A stretch of 64,000 bases of DNA, taken from NCBI RefSeq assembly GCF_009914755.1, contig NC_060939.1; one strand, 5' to 3'. A program made the position numbers and the translations under genes. Positions 1 to 13,950 of the stretch are shown piece by piece. The notes beneath the pieces are model-generated. The model was not told the origin of the DNA. It saw only the letters and a program-made list of their open reading frames with translations, and ran no database searches. Each line of letters opens with the position of its first letter. Within the stretch, counting starts at the first letter, position 1. This DNA is from the human T2T-CHM13v2.0 reference genome, Homo sapiens.

Positions 1-339
1 CCATTCCAGTCCATTCCATTTGTGTCCACTGCATTCCATTCCACTCCATTCCATATTATTCCTTTACACTCCGTTCCATTCTATTACTTTCATTTCCATT
101 CAATTCCATTCCATTTGATTCCATTCCACTCGGTTTCATTCCATTTGAGTCCACTCCATTCCATTCCATTCCATTCCATTCAGTTCCATTCCATTCTGTT
201 CCATTCCATTCCGTTCCATTGCATTCCATTCCATTCGGTACCATTCCATATTGTTCCATTCGATTCCATTCGAATCCATTCCATTCCAGTCCATTCCATT
301 CGATTCCATTCCATTCCTTTCAATTCCATTCCATTCCAT

Positions 340-1490
340 TCCATTCCACTTGATTCCACTCCATTCCCTTCCACTGCATTCCATTCGATTCCATTCCATT
401 GCATTGCATTCCATTCCATTGGACTGCATTCCATTCGATTCCATTCCATTCGAATCAATTACATAGCAATCCATTACATTCGAGTCTATTCTATTCCGTT
501 CCATTCGATTTCGTTCCTATCCATTCGATTCCATTCCATTCGATTCCATTCCATACTATTGCATTCCATTCGATTACATTATATTCGAATAAGTTCCATT
601 CAAGACCATTTCTTTTGAGTCCATTCTATTTGAGTCCATTCCCTTTGATTCCATAACATTTGAGTCCATTCAATTCCATTCCTTTCGTTTGCATTCCATT
701 TGATGCCATTCCATTCAATTCTGTTCTACTCGACTCCAATACATTCAATTCCATTCCATCCGATTCCATTACATTCTTTTCATTTCTTATCCATTTCAAG
801 CCATTCCACTCCATTCCATTCCACTCGTTTCCTTTCCATTCGAGTCCATTCCTCTCCAGTCCATTCCGTTCAATCCATTCCATTCCAGTCCGTTCCATTC
901 GAGTCCGTTCCATTCCAGTCCATTCCATTTGAGTCAATTCCATTCCATTCGATGTCTTTCCATAACGATCCATTCCATTCTATTCCTTTCGATTCCATTC
1001 CATTCTATTTCATTCCATTCGATTCCCTTCCATTGGACTCCTTTCCATTCGAGTGCATTCCATTCCGTTCCATTTCTTTCCGTTCTGTACGATTCCTACC
1101 GTTCGATTTCATTTTGTTCCAGTCCATTCCTTTCGCGTCCATTCCATTCCATTTCACTCCATTCGATTCCATTCCACTCGATTCCACTTCGTTCCATTTC
1201 ATTGCATTCCATTCTATTCAACTCTATTGCCTTCCATTCCATTCCATTCGATTACATTCCATGCGATTCCATTCGAAATCGAATCAATTACATTGCAATC
1301 CATTACTATTGAGTCCGTTTTATTCCAGTCCACTGCATTCTGGTCCATTCCATTTGATTCCATTCCATTTTATTCCATTCCATACAGTTGCATTCCATTG
1401 GATTCCATGCTATATCTATAAATTCAATTCGAGACCATTGTTTTTGAGTCCATTCTATATGTTTCCATTCCATTCAAGTCCATTACATTT
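340..1490 (+). repeat. Two diverged internal sub-repeats within the 1.8-kb unit (offset 829 bp), shown for the first unit
   Basis: CGAATCAATTACATAGCAATCCATTAC (451) vs CGAATCAATTACATTGCAATCCATTAC (1280); CCATACTATTGCATTCC (551) vs CCATACAGTTGCATTCC (1380); CAAGACCATTTCTTTTGAGTCCATTCTAT (601) vs CGAGACCATTGTTTTTGAGTCCATTCTAT (1430). All three offsets are 829 bp. Confidence 0.9.
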
Positions 1491-4400
1491 GGTTCAATTC
1501 CATTCCATTCCATTCCCTTCCATTCCATTCCAGTTGATATCAATCCATTCGATTCCATTCCATTCGAGCACATTCCATTCGAGTCCATTCCATTCGATGC
1601 CATTCCATTTGATTCTATTCCATTAGTCTCCATTCAATTCCATTAATCTCCATTCCATTCCATTCTACTCCAACTGATTCCATTCCATTCTATTCCTTTC
1701 CATTCCATTTCATTCCATTCCATTCCATTTCATTCCATTCCATTCCAATCGCTTCCATTCCATTCATGTCCATTCCACTCCAGTCCATTCCATTTGTGTC
1801 CACTGCATTCCATTCCACTCCATTCCATATTATTCCATTACACTCCATTCCATTCTATTACTTTCATTTCCATTCAATTCCATTCCATTTGATTCCATTC
1901 CACTCGGTTTCATTCCATTTGAGTCCACTCCATTCCATTCCATTCCATTCCATTCAGTTCCATTCCATTCTGTTCCATTGCATTCCATTCCATTCGGTAC
2001 CATTCCATATTGTTCCATTCGATTCCATTCGAATCCATTCCATTCCAGTCCATTCCATTCGATTCCATTCCATTCCTTTCAATTCCATTCCACTCCATTC
2101 CATTCCACTTGATTCCACTCCATTCCCTTCCACTGCATTCCATTCGATTCCATTCCATTGCATTGCATTCCATTCCATTGGACTGCATTCCATTCGATTC
2201 CATTCCATTCGAATCAATTACATAGCAATCCATTACATTCGAGTCTATTCTATTCCGTTCCATTCGATTTCGTTCCAATCCATTCGATTCCATTCCATTC
2301 GATTCCATTCCATACTATTGCATTCCATTCGATTACATTATATTCGAATAAGTTCCATTCAAGACCATTTCTTTTGAGTCCATTCTATTTGAGTCCATTC
2401 CCTTTGATTCCATAACATTTGAGTCCATTCAATTCCATTCCTTTCGTTTCCATTCCATTTGATGCCATTCCGTTCAATTCTGTTCTACTCGACTCCAATA
2501 CATTCAATTCCATTCCATCCGATTCCATTACATTCTTTTCATTTCTTATCCATTTCAAGCCATTCCACTCCATTCCATTCCACTCGTTTCCTTTCCATTC
2601 GAGTCCATTCCTCTCCAGTCCATTCCGTTCAATCCATTCCATTCCAGTCCATTCCATTCGAGTCCGTTCCATTCCAGTCCATTCCATTCGAGTCAATTCC
2701 ATTCCATTCGATGTCTTTCCATAACGATCCATTCCATTCTATTCCTTTCGATTCCATTCCATTCTATTTCATTCCATTCGATTCCCTTCCATTGGACTCC
2801 TTTCCATTAGAGTGCATTCCATTCCGTTCCATTTCTTTCCGTTCTGTACGATTCCTACCGTTTGATTTCATTTTGTTCCAGTCCATTCCTTTCGCGTCCA
2901 TTCCATTCCATTTCACTCCATTCGATTCCTTTCCACTCGATTCCACTTCGTTCCATTTCATTGCATTCCATTCTATTCAACTCTATTGCCTTCCATTCCA
3001 TTCCATTCGATTACATTCCATGCGATTCCATTCGAAATCGAATCAATTACATTGCAATCCATTACTATTGAGTCCGTTTTATTCCAGTCCACTGCATTCT
3101 GGTCCATTCCATTTGATTCCATTCCATTCTATTCCATTCCATACAGTTGCATTCCATTGGATTCCATTCTATATCTATAAATTCAATTCGAGACCATTGC
3201 TTTTGAGTCCATTCTATATGATTCCATTCCATTCAAGTCCATTACATTTGGTTCAATTCCATTCCATTCCATTCCCTTCCATTCCATTCCAGTTGATATC
3301 AATCCATTCGATTCCATTCCATTCGAGCACATTCCATTCGAGTCCATTCCATTCGATGCCATTCCATTTGATTCTATTCCATTAGTCTCCATTCAATTCC
3401 ACTAATCTCCATTCCATTCCATTCTACTCCAACTGATTCCATTCCATTCTATTCCTTTCCATTCCATTTCATTCCATTCCATTCCATTTCATTCCATTCC
3501 ATTCCATTCGTGTCCATTCCACTCCAGTCCATTCCATTCGTGTCCATTCCATTCCAGTCCATTCCATTTGTGTCCACTGCATTCCATTCCACTCCATTCC
3601 ATATTATTCCATTACACTCCATTCCATTCTATTACTTTCATTTCCATTCAATTCCATTCCATTTCATTCCATTCCACTCGGTTTCATTCCATTTGAGTCC
3701 ACTCCATTCCATTCCATTCCATTCCATTCAGTTCCATTCCATTCTGTTCCATTCCATTCCGTTCCATTACATTCCATTCCATTCGGTACCATTCCATATT
3801 GTTCCATTCGATTCCATTCGAATCCATTCCATTCCAGTCCATTCCATTCGATTCCAATCCATTCATTTCAATTCCATTCCATTCCATTCCATTACATTCC
3901 ACTTGATTCCTCTCCATTCCCTTCCACTGCATTCCGTTCGATTCCATTCCATTGCATTGCATTCCATTCCATTGGATTGCATTCCATTCGATTCCATTCC
4001 ATTCGAATCAATTACATAGCAATCTATTACATTCGAGTCTATTCTATTCTGTTCCATTCTATTTCGTTCCAATCCATTCGATTCCATTCCATTCGATTCC
4101 ATTCCATACTATTGCATTCCATTCGATTACATTATATTCGAATAAGTTCCATTCAAGACCATTTCTTTTGAGTCTATTCTATTTGAGTCCATTCCCTTTG
4201 ATTCCATAACATTTGAGTCCATTCAATTCCATTCCTTTCGTTTGCATTCCATTTGATGCCATTCCATTCAATTCTGTTCTACTCGACTCCAATACATTCA
4301 ATTCCATTCCATCCGATTCCATTACATTCTTTTCATTTCTTATCCATTTCAAGCCATTCCACTCCATTCCATTCCACTCGTTTCCTTTCCATTCGAGTCC

Positions 4401-6899
4401 ATTCCTCTCCAGTCCATTCCGTTCAATCCATTCCATTCCAGTCCATTCCATTCGAGTCCGTTCCATTCCAGTCCATTCCATTCGAGTCAATTCCATCCCA
4501 TTCGATGTCTTTCCATAACGATCCATTCCATTCTATACCTTTCGATTCCATTCCATTCTATTTCATTCCATTCGATTCCCTTCCATTGGACTCCTTTCCA
4601 TTCGAGTGCATTCCATTCCGTTCCATTTTTTCCGTTCTGTACGATTCCTACCGTTCGATTTCATTTTGTTCCAGTCCATTCCTTTCGCGTCCATTCCATT
4701 CCATTTCTCTCCATTCGATTCCATTCCACTCGATTCCACTTCGTTCCATTTCATTGCATTCCATTCTATTCAACTCTATTGCCTTCCATTCCATTCCATT
4801 CGATTACATTCCATGCGATTCCATTCGAAATCGAATCAATTACATTGCAATCCCTTACTATTGAGTCCGTTTTATTCCAGTCCACTGCATTCTGGTCCAT
4901 TCCATTTGATTCCATTCCATTCTATTCCATTCCATACAATTGCATTCAATTGGATTCCATGCTATATCTATAAATTCAATTCGAGACCATTGCTTTTGAG
5001 TCCATTCTATATGATTCCATTCCATTCAAGTCCATTACATTTGGTTCAATTCCATTCCATTCCATTCCCTTCCATTCCATTCCAGTTGATATCAATCCAT
5101 TCGATTCCATTCCATTCGAGCACATTCCATTCGAGTCCATTCCACTCGATTCCATTCCATTTGATTCTATTCCATTAGTCTCCATTCAATTCCATTAATC
5201 TCCATTCCATTCCATTCTACTCCAACTGATTCCATTCCATTCTATTCCTTTCCATTCCATTTCATTCCATTCCATTCCATTTCATTCCATTCCATTCCAT
5301 TCGTGTCCATTCCACTCCAGTCCATTCCATTCGTGTCCATTCCATTCCAGTCCATTCCATTTGTGTCCACTGCATTCCATTCCACTCCATTCCATATTAT
5401 TCCATTACACTCCATTCCATTCTATTACTTTCATTTCCATTCAATTCCATTCCATTTCATTCCATTCCACTCGGTTTCATTCCATTTGAGTCCACTCCAT
5501 TCCATTCCATTCCATTCAGTTCCATTCCATTCTGTTCCATTCCATTTCGTTCCATTACATTCCATTCCATTCGGTACCATTCCATATTGTTCCATTTGAT
5601 TCCATTCGAATCCATTCCATTCCAGTCCATTCCATTCGATTCCATTCCATTCATTTCAATTCCATTCCATTCCATTCCATTACATTCCACTTGATTCCTC
5701 TCCATTCCCTTCCACTGCATTCCATTCGATTCCATTCCATTGCATTGCATTCCATTCCATTGGATTGCATTCCATTCGATTCCATTCCATTCGAATCAAT
5801 TACATAGCAATCCATTACATTCGAGTCTATTCTATTCCGTTCCATTCGATTTCGTTCCAATCCATTCAATTCCATTCCATTCGATTCCATTCCATACTAT
5901 TGCATTCCATTCGATTACATTATATTCGAATAAGTTCCATTCAAGACCATTTCTTTTGAGTCCATTCTATTTGAGTCCATTCCCTTTGATTCCATAACAT
6001 TTGAGTCCATTCAATTCCATTCCTTTCGTTTCCATTCCATTTGATGCCATTCCATTCAATTCTGTTCTACTCGACTCCAATACATTCAATTCCATTCCAT
6101 CCGATTCCATTACATTCTTTTCATTTCTTATCCATTTCAAGCCATTCCACTCCATTCCATTCCACTCGTTTCCTTTCCATTCGAGTCCATTCCTCTCCAG
6201 TCCATTCCGTTCAATCCATTCCATTCCAGTCCATTCCATTCGAGTCCGTTCCATTCCAGTCCATTCCATTCGAGTCAATTCCATCCCATTCGATGTCTTT
6301 CCATAACGATCCATTCCATTCTATTCCTTTCGATTCCATTCCATTCTATTTCATTCCATTCGATTCCCTTCCATTGGACTCCTTTCCATTCGAGTGCATT
6401 CCATTCCGTTCCATTTCTTTCCGTTCTGTACGATTCCTACCGTTCGATTTCATTTTGTTCCAGTCCATTCCTTTCGCGTCCATTCCATTCCATTTCACTC
6501 CATTCGATTCCATTCCACTCGATTCCACTTCGTTCCATTTCATTGCATTCCATTCTATTCAACTCTATTGCCTTCCATTCCATTCCATTCGATTACATTC
6601 CATGCGATTCCATTCGAAATCGAATCAATTACATTGCAATCCATTACTATTGAGTCCATTTTATTCCAGTCCACTGCATTCTGGTCCATTCCATTTGATT
6701 CCATTCCATTCTATTCCATTCCATACAGTTGCATTCCATTGGATTCCATTCTATATCTATAAATTCAATTCGAGACCATTGCTTTTGAGTCCATTCTATA
6801 TGATTCCATTCCATTCAAGTCCATTACATTTGGTTCAATTCCATTCCATTCCAGTTGATATCAATCCATTCGATTCCATTCCATTCGAGCACATTCCAT

Positions 6900-9800
6900 T
6901 CGAGTCCATTCCATTCGATGCCATTCCATTTGATTCTATTCCATTAGTCTCCATTCAATTCCATTAATCTCCATTCCATTCCATTCTACTCCAACTGATT
7001 CCATTCCATTCTATTCCTTTCCATTCCATTTCATTCCATTCCATTCCATTTCATTCCATTCCATTCCATTCGTGTCCATTCCACTCCAGTCCATTCCATT
7101 CGTGTCCATTCCATTCCAGTCCATTCCATTTGTGTCCCCTGCATTCCATTACACTCCATTCCATATTATTCCATTACACTCCATTCAATTCTATTACTTT
7201 CATTTCCATTCAATTCCATTCCATTTGATTCCATTCCACTCGGTTTCATTCCATTTGAGTCCACTCCATTCCATTCCATTCCATTCCATTCAGTTCCATT
7301 CCATTCTGTTCCATTCCATTCCGTTCCATTACATTCCATTCCATTCGGTACCATTCCATATTGTTCCATTCGATTCCATTCGAATCCATTCTATTCCATT
7401 CCATTCCATTCGATTCCATTCCATTCATTTCAATTCCATTCCATTCCATTCCATTACATTCCACTTGATTCCTCTCCATTCCCTTCCACTGCATTCCGTT
7501 CGATTCCATTCCATTGCATTGCGTTCCATTCCATTGGATTGCATTCCATTCGATTCCATTCCATTCGAATCAATTACATAGCAATCCATTACATTCGAGT
7601 CTATTCTATTCCGTTCCATTCGATTTCGTTCCAATCCATTCGATTCCATTCCATTCGATTCCATTCCATACTATTGCATTCCATTCGATTACATTATATT
7701 CGAATAAGTTCCATTCAAGACCATTTCTTTTGAGTCCATTCTATTTGAGTCCATTCCCTTTGATTCCATAACATTTGAGTCCATTCAATTCCATTCCTTT
7801 CGTTTCCATTCCATTTGATGCCATTCCATTCAATTCTGTTCTACTCGACTCCAATACATTCAATTCCATTCCATCCGATTCCATTACATTCTTTTCATTT
7901 CTTATCCATTTCAAGCCATTCCACTCCATTCCATTCCACTCGTTTCCTTTCCATTCGAGTCCATTCCTCTCCAGTCCATTCCGTTCAATCCATTCCATTC
8001 CAGTCCATTCCATTCGAGTCCGTTCCATTCCAGTCCATTCCATTCGAGTCAATTCCATCCCATTCGATGTCTTTCCATAACGATCCATTCCATTCTATTC
8101 CTTTCGATTCCATTCCATTCTATTTCATTCCATTCGATTCCCTTCCATTGGACTCCTTTCCATTCGAGTGCATTCCATTCCGTTCCATTTCTTTCCGTTC
8201 TGTACGATTCCTACCGTTCGATTTCATTTTGTTCCAGTCCATTCCTTTCGCGTCCATTCCATTCCATTTCACTCCATTCGATTCCATTCCACTCGATTCC
8301 ACTTCGTTCCATTTCATTGCATTCCATTCTATTCAACTCTATTGCCTTCCATTCCATTCCATTCGATTACATTCCATGCGATTCCATTCGAAATCGAATC
8401 AATTACATTGCAATCCATTACTATTGAGTCCGTTTTATTCCAGTCCACTGCATTCTGGTCCATTCCATTTGATTCCATTCCATTCTATTCCATTCCATAC
8501 AGTTGCATTCCATTGGATTCCATGCTATATCTATAAATTCAATTCGAGACCATTGCTTTTGAGTCCATTCTATATGATTCCATTCCATTCAAGTCCATTA
8601 CATTTGGTTCAATTCCATTCCATTCCCTTCCCTTCCATTCCATTCCATTTGATATCAATCCATTCGATTCCATTCCATTCGAGCACATTCCATTCGAGTC
8701 CATTCCATTCGATGCCATTCCATTTGATTCTATTCCATTAGTCTCCATTCAATTCCATTAATCTCCATTCCATTCCATTCTACTCCAACTGATTCCATTC
8801 CATTCTATTCCTTTCCATTCCATTTCATTCCATTCCATTCCATTTCATTCCATTCCATTCCATTCGTGTCCATTCCACTCCAGTCCATTCCATTCGTGTC
8901 CATTCCATTCCAGTCCATTCCATTTGTGTCCACTGCATTCCATTCCACTCCATTCCATATTATTCCATTACACTCCATTCCATTCTATTACTTTCATTTC
9001 CATTCAATTCCATTCCATTTGATTCCATTCCACTCGGTTTCATTCCATTTGAGTCCACTCCATTCTATTCCATTCCATTCCATTCAGTTCCATTCCATTC
9101 TGTTCCATTCCATTCCGTTCCATTACATTCCATTCCATTCGGTACCATTCCATATTGTTCCATTCGATTCCATTCGAATCCATTCCATTCCAGTCCATTC
9201 CATTCGATTCCATTCCATTCATTTCAATTCCATTCCATTCCATTCCATTACATTCCACTTGATTCCTCTCCATTCCCTTCCACTGCATTCCGTTCGATTC
9301 CATTCCATTGCATTGCATTCCATTCCATTGGATTGCATTCCATTCGATTCCATTCCATTCGAATCAATTACATAGCAATCCATTACATTCGAGTCTATTC
9401 TATTCCGTTCCATTCGATTTCGTTCCAATCCATTCGATTCCATTCCATTCGATTCCATTCCATACTATTGCATTCCATTCGATTACATTATATTCGAATA
9501 AGTTCCATTCAAGACCATTTCTTTTGAGTCCATTCTATTTGAGTCCATTCCCTTTGATTCCATAACATTTGAGTCCATTCAATTCCATTCCTTTCGTTTG
9601 CATTCCATTTGATGCCATTCCATTCAATTCTGTTCTACTCGACTCCAATACATTCAATTCCATTCCATCCGATTCCATTACATTCTTTTCATTTCTTATC
9701 CATTTCAAGCCATTCCACTCCATTCCATTCCACTCGTTTCCTTTCCATTCGAGTCCATTCCTCTCCAGTCCATTCCGTTCAATCCATTCCATTCCAGTCC

Positions 9801-12800
9801 ATTCCATTCGAGTCCGTTCCATTCCAGTCCATTCCATTCGAGTCAATTCCATTCCATTCGATGTCTTTCCATAACGATCCATTCCATTCTATTCCTTTCG
9901 ATTCCATTCCATTCTATTTCATTCCATTCGATTCCCTTCCATTGGACTCCTTTCCATTCGAGTGCATTCCATTCCGTTCCATTTCTTTCCGTTCTGTACG
10001 ATTCCTACCGTTCGATTTCATTTTGTTCCAGTCCATTCCTTTCGCGTCCATTCCATTCCATTTCACTCCATTCGATTCCATTCCACTCGATTCCACTTCG
10101 TTCCATTTCATTGCATTCCATTCTATTCAACTCTATTGCCTTCCATTCCATTCCATTCGATTACATTCCATGCGATTCCATTCGAAATCGAATCAATTAC
10201 ATTGCAATCCATTACTATTGAGTCCATTTTATTCCAGTCCACTGCATTCTGGTCCATTCCATTTGATTCCATTCCATTCTATTCCATTCCATACAGTTGC
10301 ATTCCATTGGATTCCATTCTATATCTATAAATTCAATTGGAGACCATTGCTTTTGAGTCCATTCTATATGATTCCATTCCATTCAAGTCCATTACATTTG
10401 GTTCAATTCCATTCCATTCCATTCTCTTCCATTCCATTCCAGTTGATATCAATCCATTCGATTCCATTCCATTCGAGCACATTCCATTCGAGTGCATTCC
10501 ATTCGATGCCATTCCATTTGATTCTATTCCATTAGTCTCCATTCAATTCCATTAATCTCCATTCCATTCCATTCTACTCCAACTGATTCCATTCCATTCT
10601 ATTCCTTTCCATTCCATTTCACTCCATTCCATTCCATTTCATTCCATTCCATTCCATTCGCTTCCATTCCATTCGTGTCCATTCCACTCCAGTCCATTCC
10701 ATTCGTGTCCATTCCATTCCAGTCCATTCCATTTGTGTCCACTGCATTCCATTCCACTCCATTCCATATTATTCCATTACACTCCATTCCATTCTATTAC
10801 TTTCATTTCCATTCAATTCCATTCCATTTGATTCCATTCCACTCGGTTTCATTCCATTTGAGTCCACTCCATTCCATTCCATTCCATTCCATTCAGTTCC
10901 ATTCCATTCTGTTCCATTCCATTCCGTTCCATTGCATTCCATTCCATTCGGTACCATTCCATATTGTTCCATTCGATTCCATTCGAATCCATTCCATTCC
11001 AGTCCATTCCATTCGATTCCATTCCATTCCTTTCAATTCCATTCCATTCCATTCCATTCCACTTGATTCCACTCCATTCCCTTCCACTGCATTCCATTCG
11101 ATTCCATTCCATTGCATTGCATTCCATTCCATTGGACTGCATTCCATTCGATTCCATTCCATTCGAATCAATTACATAGCAATCCATTACATTCGAGTCT
11201 ATTCTATTCCGTTCCATTCGATTTCGTTCCAATCCACTCGATTCCATTCCATTCGATTCCATTCCATACTATTGCATTCCATTCTATTACATTATATTCG
11301 AATAAGTTCCATTCAAGACCATTTCTTTTGAGTCCATTCTATTTGAGTCCATTCCCTTTGATTCCATAACATTTGAGTCCATTCAATTCCATTCCTTTCG
11401 TTTCCATTCCATTTGATGCCATTCCGTTCAATTCTGTTCTACTCGACTCCAATACATTCAATTCCATTCCATCCGATTCCATTACATTCTTTTCATTTCT
11501 TATCCATTTCAAGCCATTCCACTCCATTCCATTCCACTCGTTTCCTTTCCATTCGAGTCCATTCCTCTCCAGTCCATTCCGTTCAATCCATTCCATTCCA
11601 GTCCATTCCATTCGAGTCCGTTCCATTCCAGTCCATTCCATTCGAGTCAATTCCATCCCATTCGATGTCTTTCCATAACGATCCATTCCATTCTATACCT
11701 TTCGATTCCATTCCATTCTATTTCATTCCATTCGATTCCCTTCCATTGGACTCCTTTCCATTCGAGTGCATTCCATTCCGTTCCATTTTTTCCGTTCTGT
11801 ACGATTCCTACCGTTCGATTTCATTTTGTTCCAGTCCATTCCTTTCGCGTTCATTCCATTCCATTTCACTCCATTCGATTCCATTCCACTCGATTCCACT
11901 TCGTTCCATTTCATTGCATTCCATTCTATTTAACTCTATTGCCTTCCATTCCATTCCATTCGATTACATTCCATGCGATTCCATTCGAAATCGAATCAAT
12001 TACATTGCAATCCATTACTATTGAGTCCGTTTTATTCCAGTCCACTGCTTTCTGGTCCATTCCATTTGATTCCATTCCATTCTATTCCATTCCATACAAT
12101 TGCATTCCATTGGATTCCATGCTATCTCTATAAATTCAATTCGAGACCATTGCTTTTGAGTCCATTCTATATGATTCCATTCCATTCAAGTCCATTACAT
12201 TTGGTTCAATTCCATTCCATTCAATTCCCTTCCATTCCATTCCAGTTGATATCAATCCATTCGATTCCATTCCACTCGAGCACATTCCATTCGAGTCCAT
12301 TCCACTCGATGCCATTCCATTTGATTCTATTCCATTAGTCTCCATTCAATTCCATTAATCTCCATTCCATTCCATTCTACTCCAACTGATTCCATTCCAT
12401 TCTATTCCTTTCCATTCCATTTCATTCCATTCCATTCCATTTCATTCCATTCCATTCCATTCGTGTCCATTCCACTCCAGTCCATTCCATTCGTGTCCAT
12501 TCCATTCCAGTCCATTCCATTTGTGTCCACTGCATTCCATTCCACTCCATTCCATATTATTCCATTACACTCCATTCCATTCTATTACTTTCATTTCCAT
12601 TCAATTCCATTCCATTTGATTCCATTCCACTCGGTTTCATTCCATTTGAGTCCACTCCATTCCATTCCATTCCATTCAGTTCCATTCCATTCTGTTCCAT
12701 TCCATTCCGTTCCATTACATTCCATTCCATTCGGTACCATTCCATATTGTTCCATTCGATTCCATTCGAATCCATTCCATTCCAGTCCATTCCATTCGAT

Positions 12801-13950
12801 TCCATTCCATTCATTTCAATTCCATTCCATTCCATTCCATTACATTCCACTTGATTCCTCTCCATTCCCTTCCACTGCATTCCATTCGATTCCATTCCAT
12901 TGCATTGCATTCCATTCCATTGGATTGCATTCCATTCGATTCCATTCCATTCGAATCAATTACATAGCAATCCATTACATTCGAGTCTATTCTATTCCGT
13001 TCCATTCGATTTCGTTCCAATCCATTCAATTCCATTCCATTCGATTCCATTCCATACTATTGCATTCCATTCGATTACATTATATTCGAATAAGTTCCAT
13101 TCAAGACCATTTCTTTTGAGTCCATTCTATTTGAGTCCATTCCCTTTGATTCCATAACATTTGAGTCCATTCAATTCCATTCCTTTCGTTTCCATTCCAT
13201 TTGATGCCATTCCATTCAATTCTGTTCTACTCGACTCCAATACATTCAATTCCATTCCATCCGATTCCATTACATTCTTTTCATTTCTTATCCATTTCAA
13301 GCCATTCCACTCCATTCCATTCCACTCGTTTCCTTTCCATTCGAGTCCATTCCTCTCCAGTCCATTCCGTTCAATCCATTCCATTCCAGTCCATTCCATT
13401 CGAGTCCGTTCCATTCCAGTCCATTCCATTCGAGTCAATTCCATCCCATTCGATGTCTTTCCATAACGATCCATTCCATTCTATTCCTTTCGATTCCATT
13501 CCATTCTATTTCATTCCATTCGATTCCCTTCCATTGGACTCCTTTCCATTCGAGTGCATTCCATTCCGTTCCATTTCTTTCCGTTCTGTACGATTCCTAC
13601 CGTTCGATTTCATTTTGTTCCAGTCCATTCCTTTCGCGTCCATTCCATTCCATTTCACTCCATTCGATTCCATTCCACTCGATTCCACTTCGTTCCATTT
13701 CATTGCATTCCATTCTATTCAACTCTATTGCCTTCCATTCCATTCCATTCGATTACATTCCATGCGATTCCATTCGAAATCGAATCAATTACATTGCAAT
13801 CCATTACTATTGAGTCCATTTTATTCCAGTCCACTGCATTCTGGTCCATTCCATTTGATTCCATTCCATTCTATTCCATTCCATACAGTTGCATTCCATT
13901 GGATTCCATTCTATATCTATAAATTCAATTCGAGACCATTGCTTTTGAGT
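6900..13950 (+). repeat. ~7-kb (4-unit) block, copy 1 of a duplication with 19,688-bp offset
   Basis: Anchors 7815/9609/11413/13201 map to 27503/29297/31101/32889. Shared rare variants include GTCCCCTGCATTCCATTAC, TTGCGTTCC, CCCTTCCCTTCC, CAATTGGAGA and TTTAACTC. Boundaries are approximate. Confidence 0.9.

Noticed and set aside
237-242. Perfect retention of the KpnI site as a sign of selection
   Set aside because: Units are highly similar overall, so an intact hexamer in 36 copies is expected from recent amplification.
587-593. AATAAG as a polyadenylation signal
   Set aside because: It is a non-canonical hexamer with no transcript context.
626-973. Minus-strand MEWNG-repeat ORFs
   Set aside because: These are translations of (GAATG)n, which supplies ATG every 5 bp and no stops. 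There is no evidence of coding constraint.
1411-1425. TATAAA as a promoter feature
   Set aside because: It is a single hexamer in satellite DNA with no supporting elements, and its paralogous position in the other subunit reads GAATAAG. Kept only as a hypothesis.
700-1626. Recurring 308-aa ORF (FHSIP repeats) and all other + strand ORFs
   Set aside because: These are translations of (CATTC)n, which has no stop codon in any frame. The ORF starts at a TTG, is low complexity, is overlapped by ORFs in other frames, and is broken by frameshifts or stops in several copies (4253, 11413, 35777, 41248, 52111).
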